DNA of 64,000 bases. It comes from Dehalococcoidia bacterium. Lineage in GTDB: Bacteria > Chloroflexota > Dehalococcoidia > Bin125. The DNA lies in contig CBDBNA010000005.1 in NCBI GenBank assembly GCA_965207695.1, forward strand, positions 121,144 to 185,143. Direction: 5' to 3'. Both the position numbers and the translations under genes were made by a program. Below the pieces are notes generated by a model. The model searched no databases, was not told where the DNA came from, and saw only the letters and a list, made by a program, of their open reading frames with translations. Of this stretch, positions 28,311 through 38,587 are shown piece after piece; position 1 is the stretch's first letter; the number at the start of each line of letters is the position of its first letter.

Positions 28311-29087
28311 TCACCCGTCGCGGGCGGGCCGGGCATCCCGACGCAGCCGCCGGACCTCGTGCGGCGTCAGGGGACGGATCTCGCCCGGCGCGAGGTCGCG
28401 CAGCCGGATGGGCCCGAAGCGCACGCGGATCAGCCGCAGCACCGGATGCCCCACCGTCTCGCACATGCGCCGCACCTCCCGCTTGCGGCCCTCGGTCATG
28501 ATCAGCGTGATCCAACTGGTCGCCGGCTCGTCGCCGTCGGCCGGACGGCCGGGCCGTTTCGACCGCTTCGGCTTGCCTCGCGCGAGGCCGTCCTCCAACT
28601 CCACACCGTCGTAGAGCCGCTGCAGCGTGGCGTCGCTGGGCCGTCCGGCCACCTCCACCAGGTACTCCCGCTGCAGGCCCGCGCGGGGATGGAGCAGCCC
28701 GTCGACCAGCGGGCCGTCATTCGTGAGCAGCAGCAGGCCCTCGCTGTCCATATCCAGCCGCCCGAGCGGCACGCAGCGCCCCGCGTCGGGCGGCAGGAAG
28801 TCGGTCACGGTGCGACGGCCCCGGTCGTCGGAGGCGGCCGACAGCACGCCGGCCGGCTTGTGTAGGACGAAGTAGCGGCGCCCTTCGGCGGCGGGCAGTG
28901 GCGCGCCGTCCAGGGTGACGTGGTCGCGGGCCGGGTCCACCCAGGCGGCCTCGTCGGTGACGACGACCCCGTTCACCGACACCCGACCCGTTTCGATGAT
29001 CGCCGCCGAGCCTCGCCGCGAGGCCACTCCCGCCCGGGCGAGCATGACCTTCAGTCGCAGCCCCGCGCCGCGATCGCCGCCGCTCAT
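28311..29087 (-). CDS. rluB: Pseudouridine synthase, RsuA/RluB family, with an S4 domain
   Basis: S4 (LKVMLARAGVASRRG...GRVSVNG); catalytic GRLDMDSEGLLLLTNDG. Confidence 0.8.
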   Translation of the reverse strand: MSGGDRGAGLRLKVMLARAGVASRRGSAAIIETGRVSVNGVVVTDEAAWVDPARDHVTLDGAPLPAAEGRRYFVLHKPAGVLSAASDDRGRRTVTDFLPPDAGRCVPLGRLDMDSEGLLLLTNDGPLVDGLLHPRAGLQREYLVEVAGRPSDATLQRLYDGVELEDGLARGKPKRSKRPGRPADGDEPATSWITLIMTEGRKREVRRMCETVGHPVLRLIRVRFGPIRLRDLAPGEIRPLTPHEVRRLRRDARPARDG

Positions 29088-29103
29088 GCGTCCGACCGCC
29101 GAT

Positions 29104-29754
29104 CTAGTCCGACCAGCGATCGAAGCGCAGCACCTCGTCGAGCGGCTTGCGCGTGACGGGGCCGAAGCGCCCCAGCGGATAGCCGACCGGGATCAGGCAG
29201 TAGGGCGCCATCGTCTCGGGCAGGCGCAGCGCCGCGGCGGCGGCCCCGTGGTCGATCAGCCCCAGGGTGGTCGGAGCAGCGCCAAGGCCCAGCGACCGCG
29301 CCGCCAGCAGCACGTTCTGCACGGCGGGCCAGACCGCGACGTTGCCGGCCGCGTGTTGCTCGGGCGTCGGCGGCTCCCCGAAGTCGTGGCAGGCCACGAT
29401 CAGCGCCGGCAATTCGTGCATGTGCTCCATCTGCCACAGGACCGCGTCGAGCATGCGACGCCGCTTCGCCGGCGACTGATGCGGCACCTCTTCGAGGTTG
29501 TCCAGCCGCGGCCCGATGTACGCCTCGACGCCGCGGCGGTTGAGGTCGGCCAACTCACGCTTCACCGCCGGGTCGCGAACGATGATCCAGCGCACGCCCT
29601 GCTGGTTCGAGCCGGTGGGCGCCTGGTTGCCGGCATCGACCAGCTTGCGCAGCAACTCCTCCGGCACTTCCCGGGTGTCCAGCCGGCGCATCGCGCGGCA
29701 GTTGTAGATCACGTCGAAGACGCCCATCTGCTCGCTTGACTCCGTCATCGTCAT
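29104..29754 (-). CDS. Nitroreductase family protein
   Basis: CRAMRRLDTREVPEELLRKLVDAGNQAPTGSNQQGVRWIIV is the nitroreductase fold signature. Confidence 0.75.
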   Translation of the reverse strand: MTMTESSEQMGVFDVIYNCRAMRRLDTREVPEELLRKLVDAGNQAPTGSNQQGVRWIIVRDPAVKRELADLNRRGVEAYIGPRLDNLEEVPHQSPAKRRRMLDAVLWQMEHMHELPALIVACHDFGEPPTPEQHAAGNVAVWPAVQNVLLAARSLGLGAAPTTLGLIDHGAAAAALRLPETMAPYCLIPVGYPLGRFGPVTRKPLDEVLRFDRWSD

Positions 29755-32210
29755 CGCCCTCCTCCATGGGATCGTCGCAGCCGTCGCAGCGCCATGCGCC
29801 CGGTCAGGGCCGCCAGCGGCGCGGCCACCGCCACGACGACCAGCAGCCACGCCGGGATGCCGCCTTCATCCTGCGCCTCGCCGCCGTTGTCCGCCACTCC
29901 GTTGGGCGGCTTCTCGTCGTCCTCCAGCGATTCGAGCAGCGGCGTCACGGCATCGCTGCCCGGCGAGGGGACGGCGTTCACGACCCAGCCGTCGTCGGTC
30001 AGGGCGATGGATCGGCCCTCCTCCGGCAGCGGGACCGACGCCGTCCCGTAAGCGACCCCACCGACGATGCGCCCGTGCGGGTCGAGCAGGACCACGCTGT
30101 CCCCGCCGTTCGCGAGGCCGTTCCCGATCCGCCCGTCCACCAGCACGACGTCCACGGCGCCGCCGGCGGCTTCCGGGGAGCCGCCGATCGCCACGTACGC
30201 GCCCGGCGCGACGACGCCGCCCGGCAGCCGATCCTCGGCGGCGGCGTCGGCGATCATCCAGCCGGTCAGGTCGATCGAATCCGCGCCGTAGTTGTGGACC
30301 TCCACCCACTCGAAGGCGGCGTCGCGCGAACCCTCGCCGGCGCTGGCGAAGATCTCCGTGATGCGCAGCGGCGGCAGGGGCCCCGTGGGGGCGCGCTCGC
30401 CATCCTGCGATGAGGCCTCATCGTCAGGCAGCATCACTTCGTCCGTCGCGGCGGCATCGGCGGTCGCCGGCGCTTCATCCTGCGCCGCGGCATCTTCTTC
30501 GACTCGCTCGTCGGGCGGCGCCGGATCCTCCTCGGCCGTCGGTTGCGGCGTCACATCGCCGCTGCCGGGCGACGGCGCGACGTTGATTACCCAGCCCGCA
30601 TCGCTCAGCGCGATCGACCGGCCGACCTCCGGCAGCGGGACCGACGCCGACCCGTAGGCGACCTGATCGACGAGCCGCCCCCACGGGTCGCGCAGCGTGA
30701 CGCTGTCGCCGCGGTTGGCGAGGCCGTTGCCGATCCGCCCGTCCTCCAGCACGATGTCCGCCGCACCATCGGCCGCCTCGGCGGAGCCGCCGATCGTCAC
30801 GTACGCGCCCGGAGCGACCACGCCCCCCGGCAGCACATCCATCGCGACGTTGTCTGTGATGGTCCAGCCCGTGAGGTCGATCGGATCCGTACCCGCGTTG
30901 TGGACCTCCACCCACTCGAAGGCGGCGTCGCGCGACCCCTCGCCGGCGCTGGCGAAGATCTCCGTGATGCGCAGGAATGGCGGCGGACCCGGTGGGGCTT
31001 GCTGTTCTTCCTGGGCCGGCGGTTCTTCTTCAGACGCCTCCTGCGACGGCTGCGACGCTTCCGCGGGGGACGGCGCAGGCGGCGTCACATCGCCGCTGCC
31101 GGGTGATGGCGCGCCGTTGAGCACCCAGCCGTCGCCCCGTAGTGCGATCGAGCGGCCCGCCTCCGGCAGCGGGACCGATCCCTGGCCGTAGGCGACCTCG
31201 TCGACCAGCCGCCCCTCTGGGTCGCGCAGCGTCACGACGTCGCCCGTGTTGGCGAGGCCGTTGCCGATCCGCCCGTCCTCCAGAACGACGTCCGCCGCGC
31301 CTTCGGCCGCCTCAGCGGAGCCGCCGATCGTCAGGTACCCGTCCGGCGGGACCACGCCGCCCGGCAGCACGTCCACCGCGATGTTGTCGGCGAGCGTCCA
31401 GCCCGTCAGGTCGATCGGCTCGGAACCAGCGTTGCGGACCTCGACCCACTCGAAGGCCGCGTCGCGCGCGCCCTCGCCGGCATTGGGCAGAATCTCCGTG
31501 ATGCGCAGCGGCGACGGGGAGATCTGCTCTTCGGCGGGGGCATCCGAGGCCTCCGGCGCGGGAGCGGCCTCCGCAGGGGGAGGCGCCGGCGCCGCCGTGT
31601 GCGGCGCGCCGGGAGAGGGCGTTGCGGCCATCCAGCCCCCATCGCCCCGCGACAGCGTCTGCCCGAGAGGCGGCGGAGTGACATCCGAGATCGTCTGGTC
31701 GCCGCCCCACGACACGCCGTCGACGGTCGCGCCGGCCGGGTCGATCAGCAACACGCGGTCGCCGCCGTTGGCCAGCCCGTTGCCGATCCGCCCGTCCTCC
31801 ACAACGACCAGCGTCACGCCCGCCGGGAGCACCGCCGCCAGCTCCGCCCCGCCGCCAACGATCAGGTACGCACCGGGCGCCAGCGTCGTCGCCGGGATGG
31901 AATCCTCGGCGCGGTTGTCGGCGAGCCGCCAGCCCGTCAAGTCGACCGGGGCAGCGCCTGCGTTGTGGATCTCCACCCACTCGAAGGCGGCCTCCTGCTG
32001 ACCGCGACCGGCCTCGGCGCGGACCTCGGTGATCGCGACGCCGCGGGGCGCCTGCGCGAGCGCCGTGACCGGCGTCGCCCCGCTCGCGGCGCTCGCGGCC
32101 CAGGCCGGGCCCAGCAGCGCCGCGACGGCAGCCGCCAGCACGCCACGGGAACCAAGTACGTACCAACTCCTGCTGGGCCAGCGCGGCACGATGACTCCTT
32201 CGCCCGGCAT
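29751..32210 (-). CDS. Secreted, membrane-anchored protein with four tandem lamin-tail-domain (LTD) repeats
   Basis: Signal peptide; four repeats of about 130 aa, each with FEWVE(I/V)HNAG..P(I/V)DLTGW...GRIGNGLAN...V.L.DP.G; C-terminal TM segment plus a basic tail. The underlying DNA is a roughly 390-bp tandem repeat x4. Confidence 0.7.
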   Translation of the reverse strand: MPGEGVIVPRWPSRSWYVLGSRGVLAAAVAALLGPAWAASAASGATPVTALAQAPRGVAITEVRAEAGRGQQEAAFEWVEIHNAGAAPVDLTGWRLADNRAEDSIPATTLAPGAYLIVGGGAELAAVLPAGVTLVVVEDGRIGNGLANGGDRVLLIDPAGATVDGVSWGGDQTISDVTPPPLGQTLSRGDGGWMAATPSPGAPHTAAPAPPPAEAAPAPEASDAPAEEQISPSPLRITEILPNAGEGARDAAFEWVEVRNAGSEPIDLTGWTLADNIAVDVLPGGVVPPDGYLTIGGSAEAAEGAADVVLEDGRIGNGLANTGDVVTLRDPEGRLVDEVAYGQGSVPLPEAGRSIALRGDGWVLNGAPSPGSGDVTPPAPSPAEASQPSQEASEEEPPAQEEQQAPPGPPPFLRITEIFASAGEGSRDAAFEWVEVHNAGTDPIDLTGWTITDNVAMDVLPGGVVAPGAYVTIGGSAEAADGAADIVLEDGRIGNGLANRGDSVTLRDPWGRLVDQVAYGSASVPLPEVGRSIALSDAGWVINVAPSPGSGDVTPQPTAEEDPAPPDERVEEDAAAQDEAPATADAAATDEVMLPDDEASSQDGERAPTGPLPPLRITEIFASAGEGSRDAAFEWVEVHNYGADSIDLTGWMIADAAAEDRLPGGVVAPGAYVAIGGSPEAAGGAVDVVLVDGRIGNGLANGGDSVVLLDPHGRIVGGVAYGTASVPLPEEGRSIALTDDGWVVNAVPSPGSDAVTPLLESLEDDEKPPNGVADNGGEAQDEGGIPAWLLVVVAVAAPLAALTGRMALRRLRRSHGGGR

Positions 32211-32675
32211 GGACCGGGTCGCGGGAGTCTAGGCGCTTGGTGGAGTGCGGGGGCGTCTCGACGCCCCCGGCGCGCTACGACGACCGGTGCACGATCACGC
32301 GCTCGTGGACGACCGTCTCGCTGCGAGGCGCCGCTCCGTTCCGACGCGCGCCGTTCGACCGCTGCCCGAATACGGCGCGCGCGCCGGCGTCCAGCGCCGC
32401 GCGCGCGCCGGCGCGGACCGCCCAGTCGGCCACGGCGGCAGCCACGATCACCGTCGCCGCGCGGCGCATCGTCGGGACCAGCGGCGCGAGGTCGGAGCGG
32501 AGCGCCGGCAGCAGCGACGGGATGTCGCGATCGCGTCCGTGCTCATACAGCGCGTCGTCGATCGGGACGGGCAGCCGCGACGGGGAGGAGGAGGCCATGG
32601 CCGGAGTATACGAACGCGATCCGCTTCGGCGGCCGTTCGTTCCGTCCACTTGTCCCCGTTACGTGCGCGGCGAAG

Positions 32676-33470
32676 TCACAGCGGCGCGGGCAGCGCCGCC
32701 TCGACGGCGTCCGTCACGTCGAGTGCGGGGCCGTCGTCGCCCGGAGCGGGCAGGTCCCGCCCGGCGCCCGCCCGCCAGGCCGCGACAGCCTGCAGCGACG
32801 CGATGATGAACTCCGGCTCCCGCCGCACGCCCAGCGCCCGGATAGCGAGGAACAGATCCGAGTCGCGGTCGGCCGGGTCCGGCGCGGCGTCCCAGAGTGC
32901 GTCGAGCGCTCCACCGCGCAGCGGGTAGCGGCACCAACTGACGATCGGCCCGCGGTCCAGCGCCGTCGTCACCCGTTGCAGCATCAGCCCACTCGTCGAG
33001 GCACGCGCGGCGATCAGCACCTCGATGACCTCCTGCCAGGTCCCCACCGGCCCGCCGGGCTCGGCAGGGTGCAGGTTCAACAGCGGCAGATGCTCACACA
33101 GCGCCGCCGTCGTGATCAGCATGTAGCCTGCCAGCATGCCGGCGTCGGGCCGGTAGGGCGTGATCGCGTCGAGGACCGCGCGGTCGAAGTCCTCCCGCCA
33201 GGCGGCGAGCTGGCCGCCCGGCGGCGACAACTCGCCGCCGACGCGCCGCCGCCAGTCCCCCGACGAGATCGTCACGAGCGGCGTTCCGGCGGCGGCCACT
33301 CTGTCGAGGAAGGCATCGGTGTTGGCCGACTGTCCTCGCTCGCGGTTGCAGAACACGACCACGATCTCGGCATCGAGCCGGCCCGCCCGGATCGCCGCCT
33401 GCGTCGATTCGAACAGCAGCCGGGAGCTGGTGCCCTTGGCCGTCGCGAACCAAGCGATGCGCAGTGTCAT
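32676..33470 (-). CDS. Formyltransferase-fold protein (PurN/Fmt N-terminal-domain-like)
   Basis: MTLRIAWFATAKGTSSRLLFESTQAAIRAGRLDAEIVVVFCNRE...LAGYMLI...LLNLHP resembles the formyl_trans_N domain. Confidence 0.55.
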   Translation of the reverse strand: MTLRIAWFATAKGTSSRLLFESTQAAIRAGRLDAEIVVVFCNRERGQSANTDAFLDRVAAAGTPLVTISSGDWRRRVGGELSPPGGQLAAWREDFDRAVLDAITPYRPDAGMLAGYMLITTAALCEHLPLLNLHPAEPGGPVGTWQEVIEVLIAARASTSGLMLQRVTTALDRGPIVSWCRYPLRGGALDALWDAAPDPADRDSDLFLAIRALGVRREPEFIIASLQAVAAWRAGAGRDLPAPGDDGPALDVTDAVEAALPAPL

Positions 33471-33709
33471 GGCTCCGGGTCGAGCTCCCGCAACTCCTGG
33501 ATGCGCTGCTCCGCCCGGTCGAGCAACTCCTGCGCGCGGCCCGCGAGCGCCGCCCCCTGCTCGTACGCCGCCAGCGCCTCCTCGAGCGGCAGGTCGCCGC
33601 TCTCCAGGCGCGCCAGCGTCTCCTCCAGGCGCGCGACCAGTTGTTCGTAGGAGGGCTCGTTGGCGGCCTCGCCGGGCTCCGGTGGCTCGGACTTCTTGGC
33701 TGGGCTCAC
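33467..33709 (-). CDS. xseB: Exodeoxyribonuclease VII small subunit (GTG start)
   Basis: SYEQLVARLEETLARLESGDLPLEEALAAYEQGAALAGRAQELLDRAEQRI is the typical XseB coiled coil. Confidence 0.8.
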   Translation of the reverse strand: MSPAKKSEPPEPGEAANEPSYEQLVARLEETLARLESGDLPLEEALAAYEQGAALAGRAQELLDRAEQRIQELRELDPEP

Positions 33710-35049
33710 GGCGTCGCTCCGTCCTCGGCGACGGTCCCGCCCGGGGACACGTCGAGGATGCGCGCGCCCGCCGACCCGTCGTGCAGGCGCAGGCGCACGC
33801 GATCGTCGGGCGTGAACTGCGCTGCCCGACTGAGCACGGCGCCGCTCGCATCCTCGACGATCGCGTAGCCGCGCGCCAACGTGGCCCGCGGATCGAGCGT
33901 GGCCAGTCGCGCCGCCTGCCCGGCCAGGCCCAGCCGCGCCGTCGCAACCCGCCCCTGCGCGACCTCCCAGCCGCGCCCCAGCAGCGCGTCGAGCCGCAGG
34001 CGCTCGGAGTCGCAGTCTGGCGCCGCCACGTCGAGCCGCTCCCGCGCGGCGTCCAGGTCGATCCGCGCCGACTCCGTCATCCGATCGATCGCGCGGCTCA
34101 GCGCCTCGCGGCGCTCGTGCAGCCGCGCCGCTTCCTCGGCGCGTTCGGGCGCGACCAACTCCGCCGCGGCCGACGGCGTGGGCGCGCGCACGTCGGCGAC
34201 GAAGTCGATCAGCGTCACATCCGTCTCGTGCCCCACGGCGCTGACGAGCGGCAGGGCGCTCGCGTAGGCGGCCCGCACGACGATCTCGCTGTTGAACGCG
34301 GCCAGGTCCTCCGCCGAGCCGCCGCCGCGCGCGACGATCAGCACGTCGATCGGCGCGCCGTCGTCCGCCGACGCGTTGAGCGCCTCGATCGCTTGGACGA
34401 CCGACACCGACGCGCCCTCGCCCTGCACCCGGCAGGGAGCGAGCACGAGACCCGCCAGCGGCCAGCGCCGCGCGAGCACCGTCTGCACGTCGTGCCAGAC
34501 GGCCCCGGCCGGCGACGTCGCGACGCCGATCGCGCGCGGGTAGGCGGGCAGCCGGCGCTTGCGTCCCGGGTCGAACAGTCCCTCCGCCTCGAGCTGGCGG
34601 CGCAGCCGCTCGAACTCGGCCTGCTGCACGCCCAGCCCCTCGGGCTGCAGCGCATCGACGTAGAGTTGCAGCTCGCCGCGCTCGGCCCACAGGGAGACCC
34701 GCCCGTGCAAGAGCACTTGCTCGCCCTCCTCCACCCGGACGCCGCGGTTCTCGCGGCGGAAGAAGACGCAGGACAGCGCGCCGTCGGCGTCACCGAGCGT
34801 GAAGTACAGGTGCCCCGCCTGCGAGCGCGACAGGTTGCGCAACTCCCCCGACACCCAGATGTCGCCGACCACCGGGTCGGTGTCGAGCAGTTCGCGCAGG
34901 TAGGCCGCGACCTGGCCCACGGCGTACGCCGCGACGCCCGGCGGCTTGCGCGGCCCCGGCGAGTAAGTAGCGGCGAACTCCGCGATCCGGGAGATGTCGT
35001 CGGGGAGGGCGAGGCCGGGGTCGTCGGTGGCGGGCCGGTCGAGCGTCAT
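33706..35049 (-). CDS. xseA: Exodeoxyribonuclease VII large subunit
   Basis: OB-fold N-terminus (GDIWVSGELRNLSRSQAGHLYFTLGD), then the catalytic domain (LIVARGGGSAEDLAAFN). Start chosen at MTLDRP. Confidence 0.85.
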   Translation of the reverse strand: MTLDRPATDDPGLALPDDISRIAEFAATYSPGPRKPPGVAAYAVGQVAAYLRELLDTDPVVGDIWVSGELRNLSRSQAGHLYFTLGDADGALSCVFFRRENRGVRVEEGEQVLLHGRVSLWAERGELQLYVDALQPEGLGVQQAEFERLRRQLEAEGLFDPGRKRRLPAYPRAIGVATSPAGAVWHDVQTVLARRWPLAGLVLAPCRVQGEGASVSVVQAIEALNASADDGAPIDVLIVARGGGSAEDLAAFNSEIVVRAAYASALPLVSAVGHETDVTLIDFVADVRAPTPSAAAELVAPERAEEAARLHERREALSRAIDRMTESARIDLDAARERLDVAAPDCDSERLRLDALLGRGWEVAQGRVATARLGLAGQAARLATLDPRATLARGYAIVEDASGAVLSRAAQFTPDDRVRLRLHDGSAGARILDVSPGGTVAEDGATP

Positions 35050-35113
35050 CGCCCGCAGCGTACCGCCTCGCGCGCCGGTCGCGGCGCGCCGGTGCGGCTT
35101 ATGCAGGCGTGGC

Positions 35114-35686
35114 TTATGAGGCCGCTTCCAGCCGCTCCAGGTAGTGGCCGCTGCGCGTATCGACCTTGAGCAGGTCGCCCGGCCCAACAAACAACGGCAC
35201 CTGCACCGTGAGGCCCGTCTCGAGCGTGGCCAGCTTCGTCGCGCCGGTCGCCGTGTCACCCTTCAGGCCGGGGTCGCTCTCCGTCACGCGCAGCGGCACG
35301 GAGGCCGGCAACTCGACGCCGATCACCTCGTCACCGGCGAACAGCACCTCGGCGCTGCCGTTCTCGGCCAGGTAGTTCAGCGCCTCGCCCACCTTGGCGC
35401 GCTCCAGGGGTTCCTGCTCGTAGGTCTCGGTGTTCATGAAGTAGTGCAGGTCGCCGTCGGCGTAGAGGTACTGCATGACCTGCCGCTCGACGCGCACGTC
35501 GTCGAACTTGCTGCCCGCTTGGAAGGTCTTCTCGAGGCTGTGGCCGGCGCGCAGATCGCGCAGCTTGAGCCGCACCTGGGCCGATCCCCGCCCCACCTTG
35601 ATGTGCTCCCAATCCGTCACTTGGTAGAGCGTCGAGTCCATCGCCACGACGACCCCCTTGCGCAGATCGCCGGTCGTGATCACCAT
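35114..35686 (-). CDS. efp: Elongation factor P
   Basis: 190 aa. KPGKGxA-type loop region (HIKVGRGSAQVRLKLRDL) and an OB-domain C-terminus. Confidence 0.9.
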   Translation of the reverse strand: MVITTGDLRKGVVVAMDSTLYQVTDWEHIKVGRGSAQVRLKLRDLRAGHSLEKTFQAGSKFDDVRVERQVMQYLYADGDLHYFMNTETYEQEPLERAKVGEALNYLAENGSAEVLFAGDEVIGVELPASVPLRVTESDPGLKGDTATGATKLATLETGLTVQVPLFVGPGDLLKVDTRSGHYLERLEAAS

Positions 35687-35737
35687 CCTGCGAGCCCTCC
35701 CGTCGCGCCCCGTCGCCGGGTTCGCCCTGCCCGATTC

Positions 35738-36826
35738 CTAGGCGCCCACCATGCGCAGCTTGGGCGCGGTCGTGAAGTTGCGGAAGCGGCCGTTCTCCAG
35801 CACGCCCATGTCCTCGATGCGGATGCCGCCCCAGCCGGGCAGATAGATGCCCGGCTCGACGGTGATCACCATGCCGTCGGCCAGCACGTCCTCCGATGTG
35901 CGGCCCAGCCGCGGGTGCTCGTGGATCTCCAGGCCCACGCCGTGTCCGAGTCCGTGCCCGAACCGGTCGCCGTAGCCCGCTTCGCTGATGATGTTCTGCG
36001 CGATCATGTGCGCCTGCCCGCCGGTCATGCCGCTTTCGACGGTCGCCTCGGCGGTCTCCTGGGCGGTCAGGACGATGTCGTAGACCTCCTGGAACTTCGC
36101 GTCCGGTTCGCCCAGGACGATCGTGCGGGTCATGTCCGAGCAGTAGCCGTCGACGATCACGCCCATGTCGATGACGATCGGCTTGCCCGCCTCCAGCGGC
36201 ATCTCGCGCGGATAGGCGTGCGGCATCGCGCCCCAGGGGCCGCCGCCGACGATCGTCGCGAAGGACATCGCCTCGGCGCCGTGCTCGCGGGCGTACTTCT
36301 CGATCTCCCAGGCGACGCGCAACTCGCTCCAGCCCGGCTGCACCCGGCCGGCGACGTCGTTGAAGGCCTCGTCGCCCAGCAGCACGGCCCGCTCCAGCGC
36401 GTCCAACTCTTCGGCATCCTTGACGGCCCGCACCTGCTCGACGAGGCCCTCGCTCTGCACCAGCGCCGGCCGCTTGGGCGCGGGCATGGCCGCCAGGGTG
36501 TCGCGCAGCTGCTTGTGCGCCGCGACGCTCATCTGCGCCGCCTCGAAGCCCAGCTTGCGCCCGCCCAGCGCCTCGACGAAGCCCGGCAGCCAGTCGGCCT
36601 GCGCGCCCTCCTGCTTGTACAGCGTGAAGTCGGGCGCTTGCGACCCCACCTGTTCCCAGTAGCGGAAGTCCGTCGCCAGCAAGGCGGCGTCGGCGCTCAC
36701 CACCAGCCAGCCCGCCGAGCCGGTGAAGCCCGACAGATAACGGCGGTTGTACGGATTCGTGACCAGCAGTGCGTCGAGCCCCGCCTCCTCAATGGCAGCA
36801 CGCGCGCGCGTCAGGCGATCGGACAT
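35738..36826 (-). CDS. pepP: Xaa-Pro aminopeptidase / M24 family peptidase
   Basis: Creatinase N-terminal domain plus M24 metal ligands ([19 protein letters not shown]). Sits in the aroQ-pepQ-efp arrangement. Confidence 0.85.
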   Translation of the reverse strand: MSDRLTRARAAIEEAGLDALLVTNPYNRRYLSGFTGSAGWLVVSADAALLATDFRYWEQVGSQAPDFTLYKQEGAQADWLPGFVEALGGRKLGFEAAQMSVAAHKQLRDTLAAMPAPKRPALVQSEGLVEQVRAVKDAEELDALERAVLLGDEAFNDVAGRVQPGWSELRVAWEIEKYAREHGAEAMSFATIVGGGPWGAMPHAYPREMPLEAGKPIVIDMGVIVDGYCSDMTRTIVLGEPDAKFQEVYDIVLTAQETAEATVESGMTGGQAHMIAQNIISEAGYGDRFGHGLGHGVGLEIHEHPRLGRTSEDVLADGMVITVEPGIYLPGWGGIRIEDMGVLENGRFRNFTTAPKLRMVGA

Positions 36827-36917
36827 GGCGGTCTCCTCCAGCCGGAATGCAAGCGATGACGGATCGAAGTGTACGCAGGCCGCGGCGCTCTGCCCACGGG
36901 GAGCGCGGGCAGGGGCG

Positions 36918-37364
36918 TTAGGAAGCGCCGCGACGTTCGTGCAGCAGCCCCACCAGGGCGTCCAGCGCCGCCAGGTAGCCGCGCCAGCCCAGCCCGCTCA
37001 CCACCCCCGCGACCACGGGCGCCGTCACCGACTCGTGCCGGAAGTTGTCGCGCGCGTAGATGTTCGTCAGGTGCACCTCGACCACGAGCCCGGGGAAGTG
37101 CTCCAGCGCGTCGCGCAGCGAGAGTCCGTAGTGGGCCAGGGCGCCGGGGTTGATGATCGCGCCCTCGGCGTTCTTCTCCTGCTGCAGGAAGTCGATGATC
37201 GCGCCCTCGTGGTTCGACTGGTAAGGGCGCACCTCGACCGACCACTCCTGCGCGCGCTGCTGCACCAGCCCCTCGATCTCGCTCAGCGTCTGCGTCCCGT
37301 ACATCTCCGGGTTGCGCTCGCCGAGGATGTTCAGATTCGGGCCCGAGATAAGCAGAACCTTCAC
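36918..37364 (-). CDS. aroQ: Type II 3-dehydroquinate dehydratase
   Basis: MKVLLISGPNLNILGERNPEMYG...QSNHEG...IINPGALAHY. Confidence 0.9.
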   Translation of the reverse strand: MKVLLISGPNLNILGERNPEMYGTQTLSEIEGLVQQRAQEWSVEVRPYQSNHEGAIIDFLQQEKNAEGAIINPGALAHYGLSLRDALEHFPGLVVEVHLTNIYARDNFRHESVTAPVVAGVVSGLGWRGYLAALDALVGLLHERRGAS

Positions 37365-38389
37365 GGCGCCACCTCCGCGACCTCACCGGGCAGGAAACCG
37401 GCGTCCGGTGCCGGGTCGGGCGCCCGCGACGCGCGGCGCCGGCGCTCCCGGCGGCTGAACAACTGATCGCTGATGCCGTCGAGCGATTGCTCGATCGCGG
37501 CCCGCTTCGCTGACTCCGTCACGTGCGTGTAGATCTGCGTCGTCGCGACGTTGGAGTGCCCCAGCAGTTCCTGCACGACCCGCACGTCGGCGCCGCGCTC
37601 GAGCATGTGCGTGGCGAACGAGTGCCGCAGCAGGTGCGGGTGCACGACCTTCGGCAGGCCCGCGGCGACCGCGTAGCGCTGCACCGCGAGCTGCACCGCC
37701 CGGGCCGACAGCGCCCCGCCGAAGCGGTTCAGCCACAACGCGTCGGGGGAGCCCTCGGCCACCAGCTGCGGCCGGCCCGAGCGCACGTAGTCTTCGATCG
37801 CGAGGTAGGCGTGATCGCCGAGCAGCGCCACGCGCTCGCGGTCGCCCTTGCCGCGCACGCGCAGGACCGCGTTCTCCCAATCGACGGAGCGCAGCGTCAG
37901 ACCGACCAGCTCGCTGACCCGCAGGCCGGAGCCGTAGAGCACTTCCAGGATGGCGCGGTCGCGCAGCCCGCCGGGCGTGTGCACGTCGGGCGCCTCGATC
38001 AGGCGCTCGACCTCGCGCACGCTCAGGAAGCGGGGCAGGGTGCGGGGCGTCTTGGGGGTCGCGGCCAAGCGCAGCGGGTCCGTCGGCAGGGTGCGCTGCT
38101 GGAAGAGGTGCCGGAAGAACGACTTGATCGTGCTGGCGCGGCGGCGCAGGCTCCCCTGCGCGACGCCATCCTCCTTCAGCCCGGCCAGATAGGCGCGGTA
38201 GGTCAGGCGGCTGACCTCGGCCAGCGACAGTTCGCGCTCGTCCAGGTAGCGGATGAAGTGCGAGAGGTCGGTGCGGTAGTTGCGCAGCGTGTGCGGGGAG
38301 AGATTGCGCTGTAGGCGAAGCTCGTCGAGGTAGGCGTCCAGCAGGGCGGCGCCGTCCTCCGCTGCCCGTGGCAGGGGTTCTGCGGTCAC
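37361..38389 (-). CDS. xerC: Tyrosine recombinase XerC/XerD with an Arg-rich C-terminal extension
   Basis: N-terminal SAM-like domain (LSPHTLRNYRTDLSHF); catalytic R..HxxR..Y (LRHSFATHML...TQIYTHV). Confidence 0.85.
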   Translation of the reverse strand: MTAEPLPRAAEDGAALLDAYLDELRLQRNLSPHTLRNYRTDLSHFIRYLDERELSLAEVSRLTYRAYLAGLKEDGVAQGSLRRRASTIKSFFRHLFQQRTLPTDPLRLAATPKTPRTLPRFLSVREVERLIEAPDVHTPGGLRDRAILEVLYGSGLRVSELVGLTLRSVDWENAVLRVRGKGDRERVALLGDHAYLAIEDYVRSGRPQLVAEGSPDALWLNRFGGALSARAVQLAVQRYAVAAGLPKVVHPHLLRHSFATHMLERGADVRVVQELLGHSNVATTQIYTHVTESAKRAAIEQSLDGISDQLFSRRERRRRASRAPDPAPDAGFLPGEVAEVAP

Positions 38390-38587
38390 GTCAGACCTTG
38401 TCCAAACCCCGCCACCACGCGAGCGCGCTCACTGTAGGGGCAGCGAGCCCGCGCCGAATAATGGCAGTGTAACGCGGCGTAAAGCCGGCGTTAAGCCGAA
38501 TCCGGGCCTATCTGGCGGCGGGATGGCGGCGCTCGCGAACCCCGCGGCCGGCGCCCGCGACTTCCCTCGTGACGCCGACGGAGGGTG

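Noticed and set aside
32275-32598. 124-aa minus-strand ORF between the LTD gene and the formyltransferase-like gene
   Set aside because: It could be real (a 465-bp gap otherwise), but it has Ala/Arg-rich composition, no motif and no clear RBS. Not reported as a feature.
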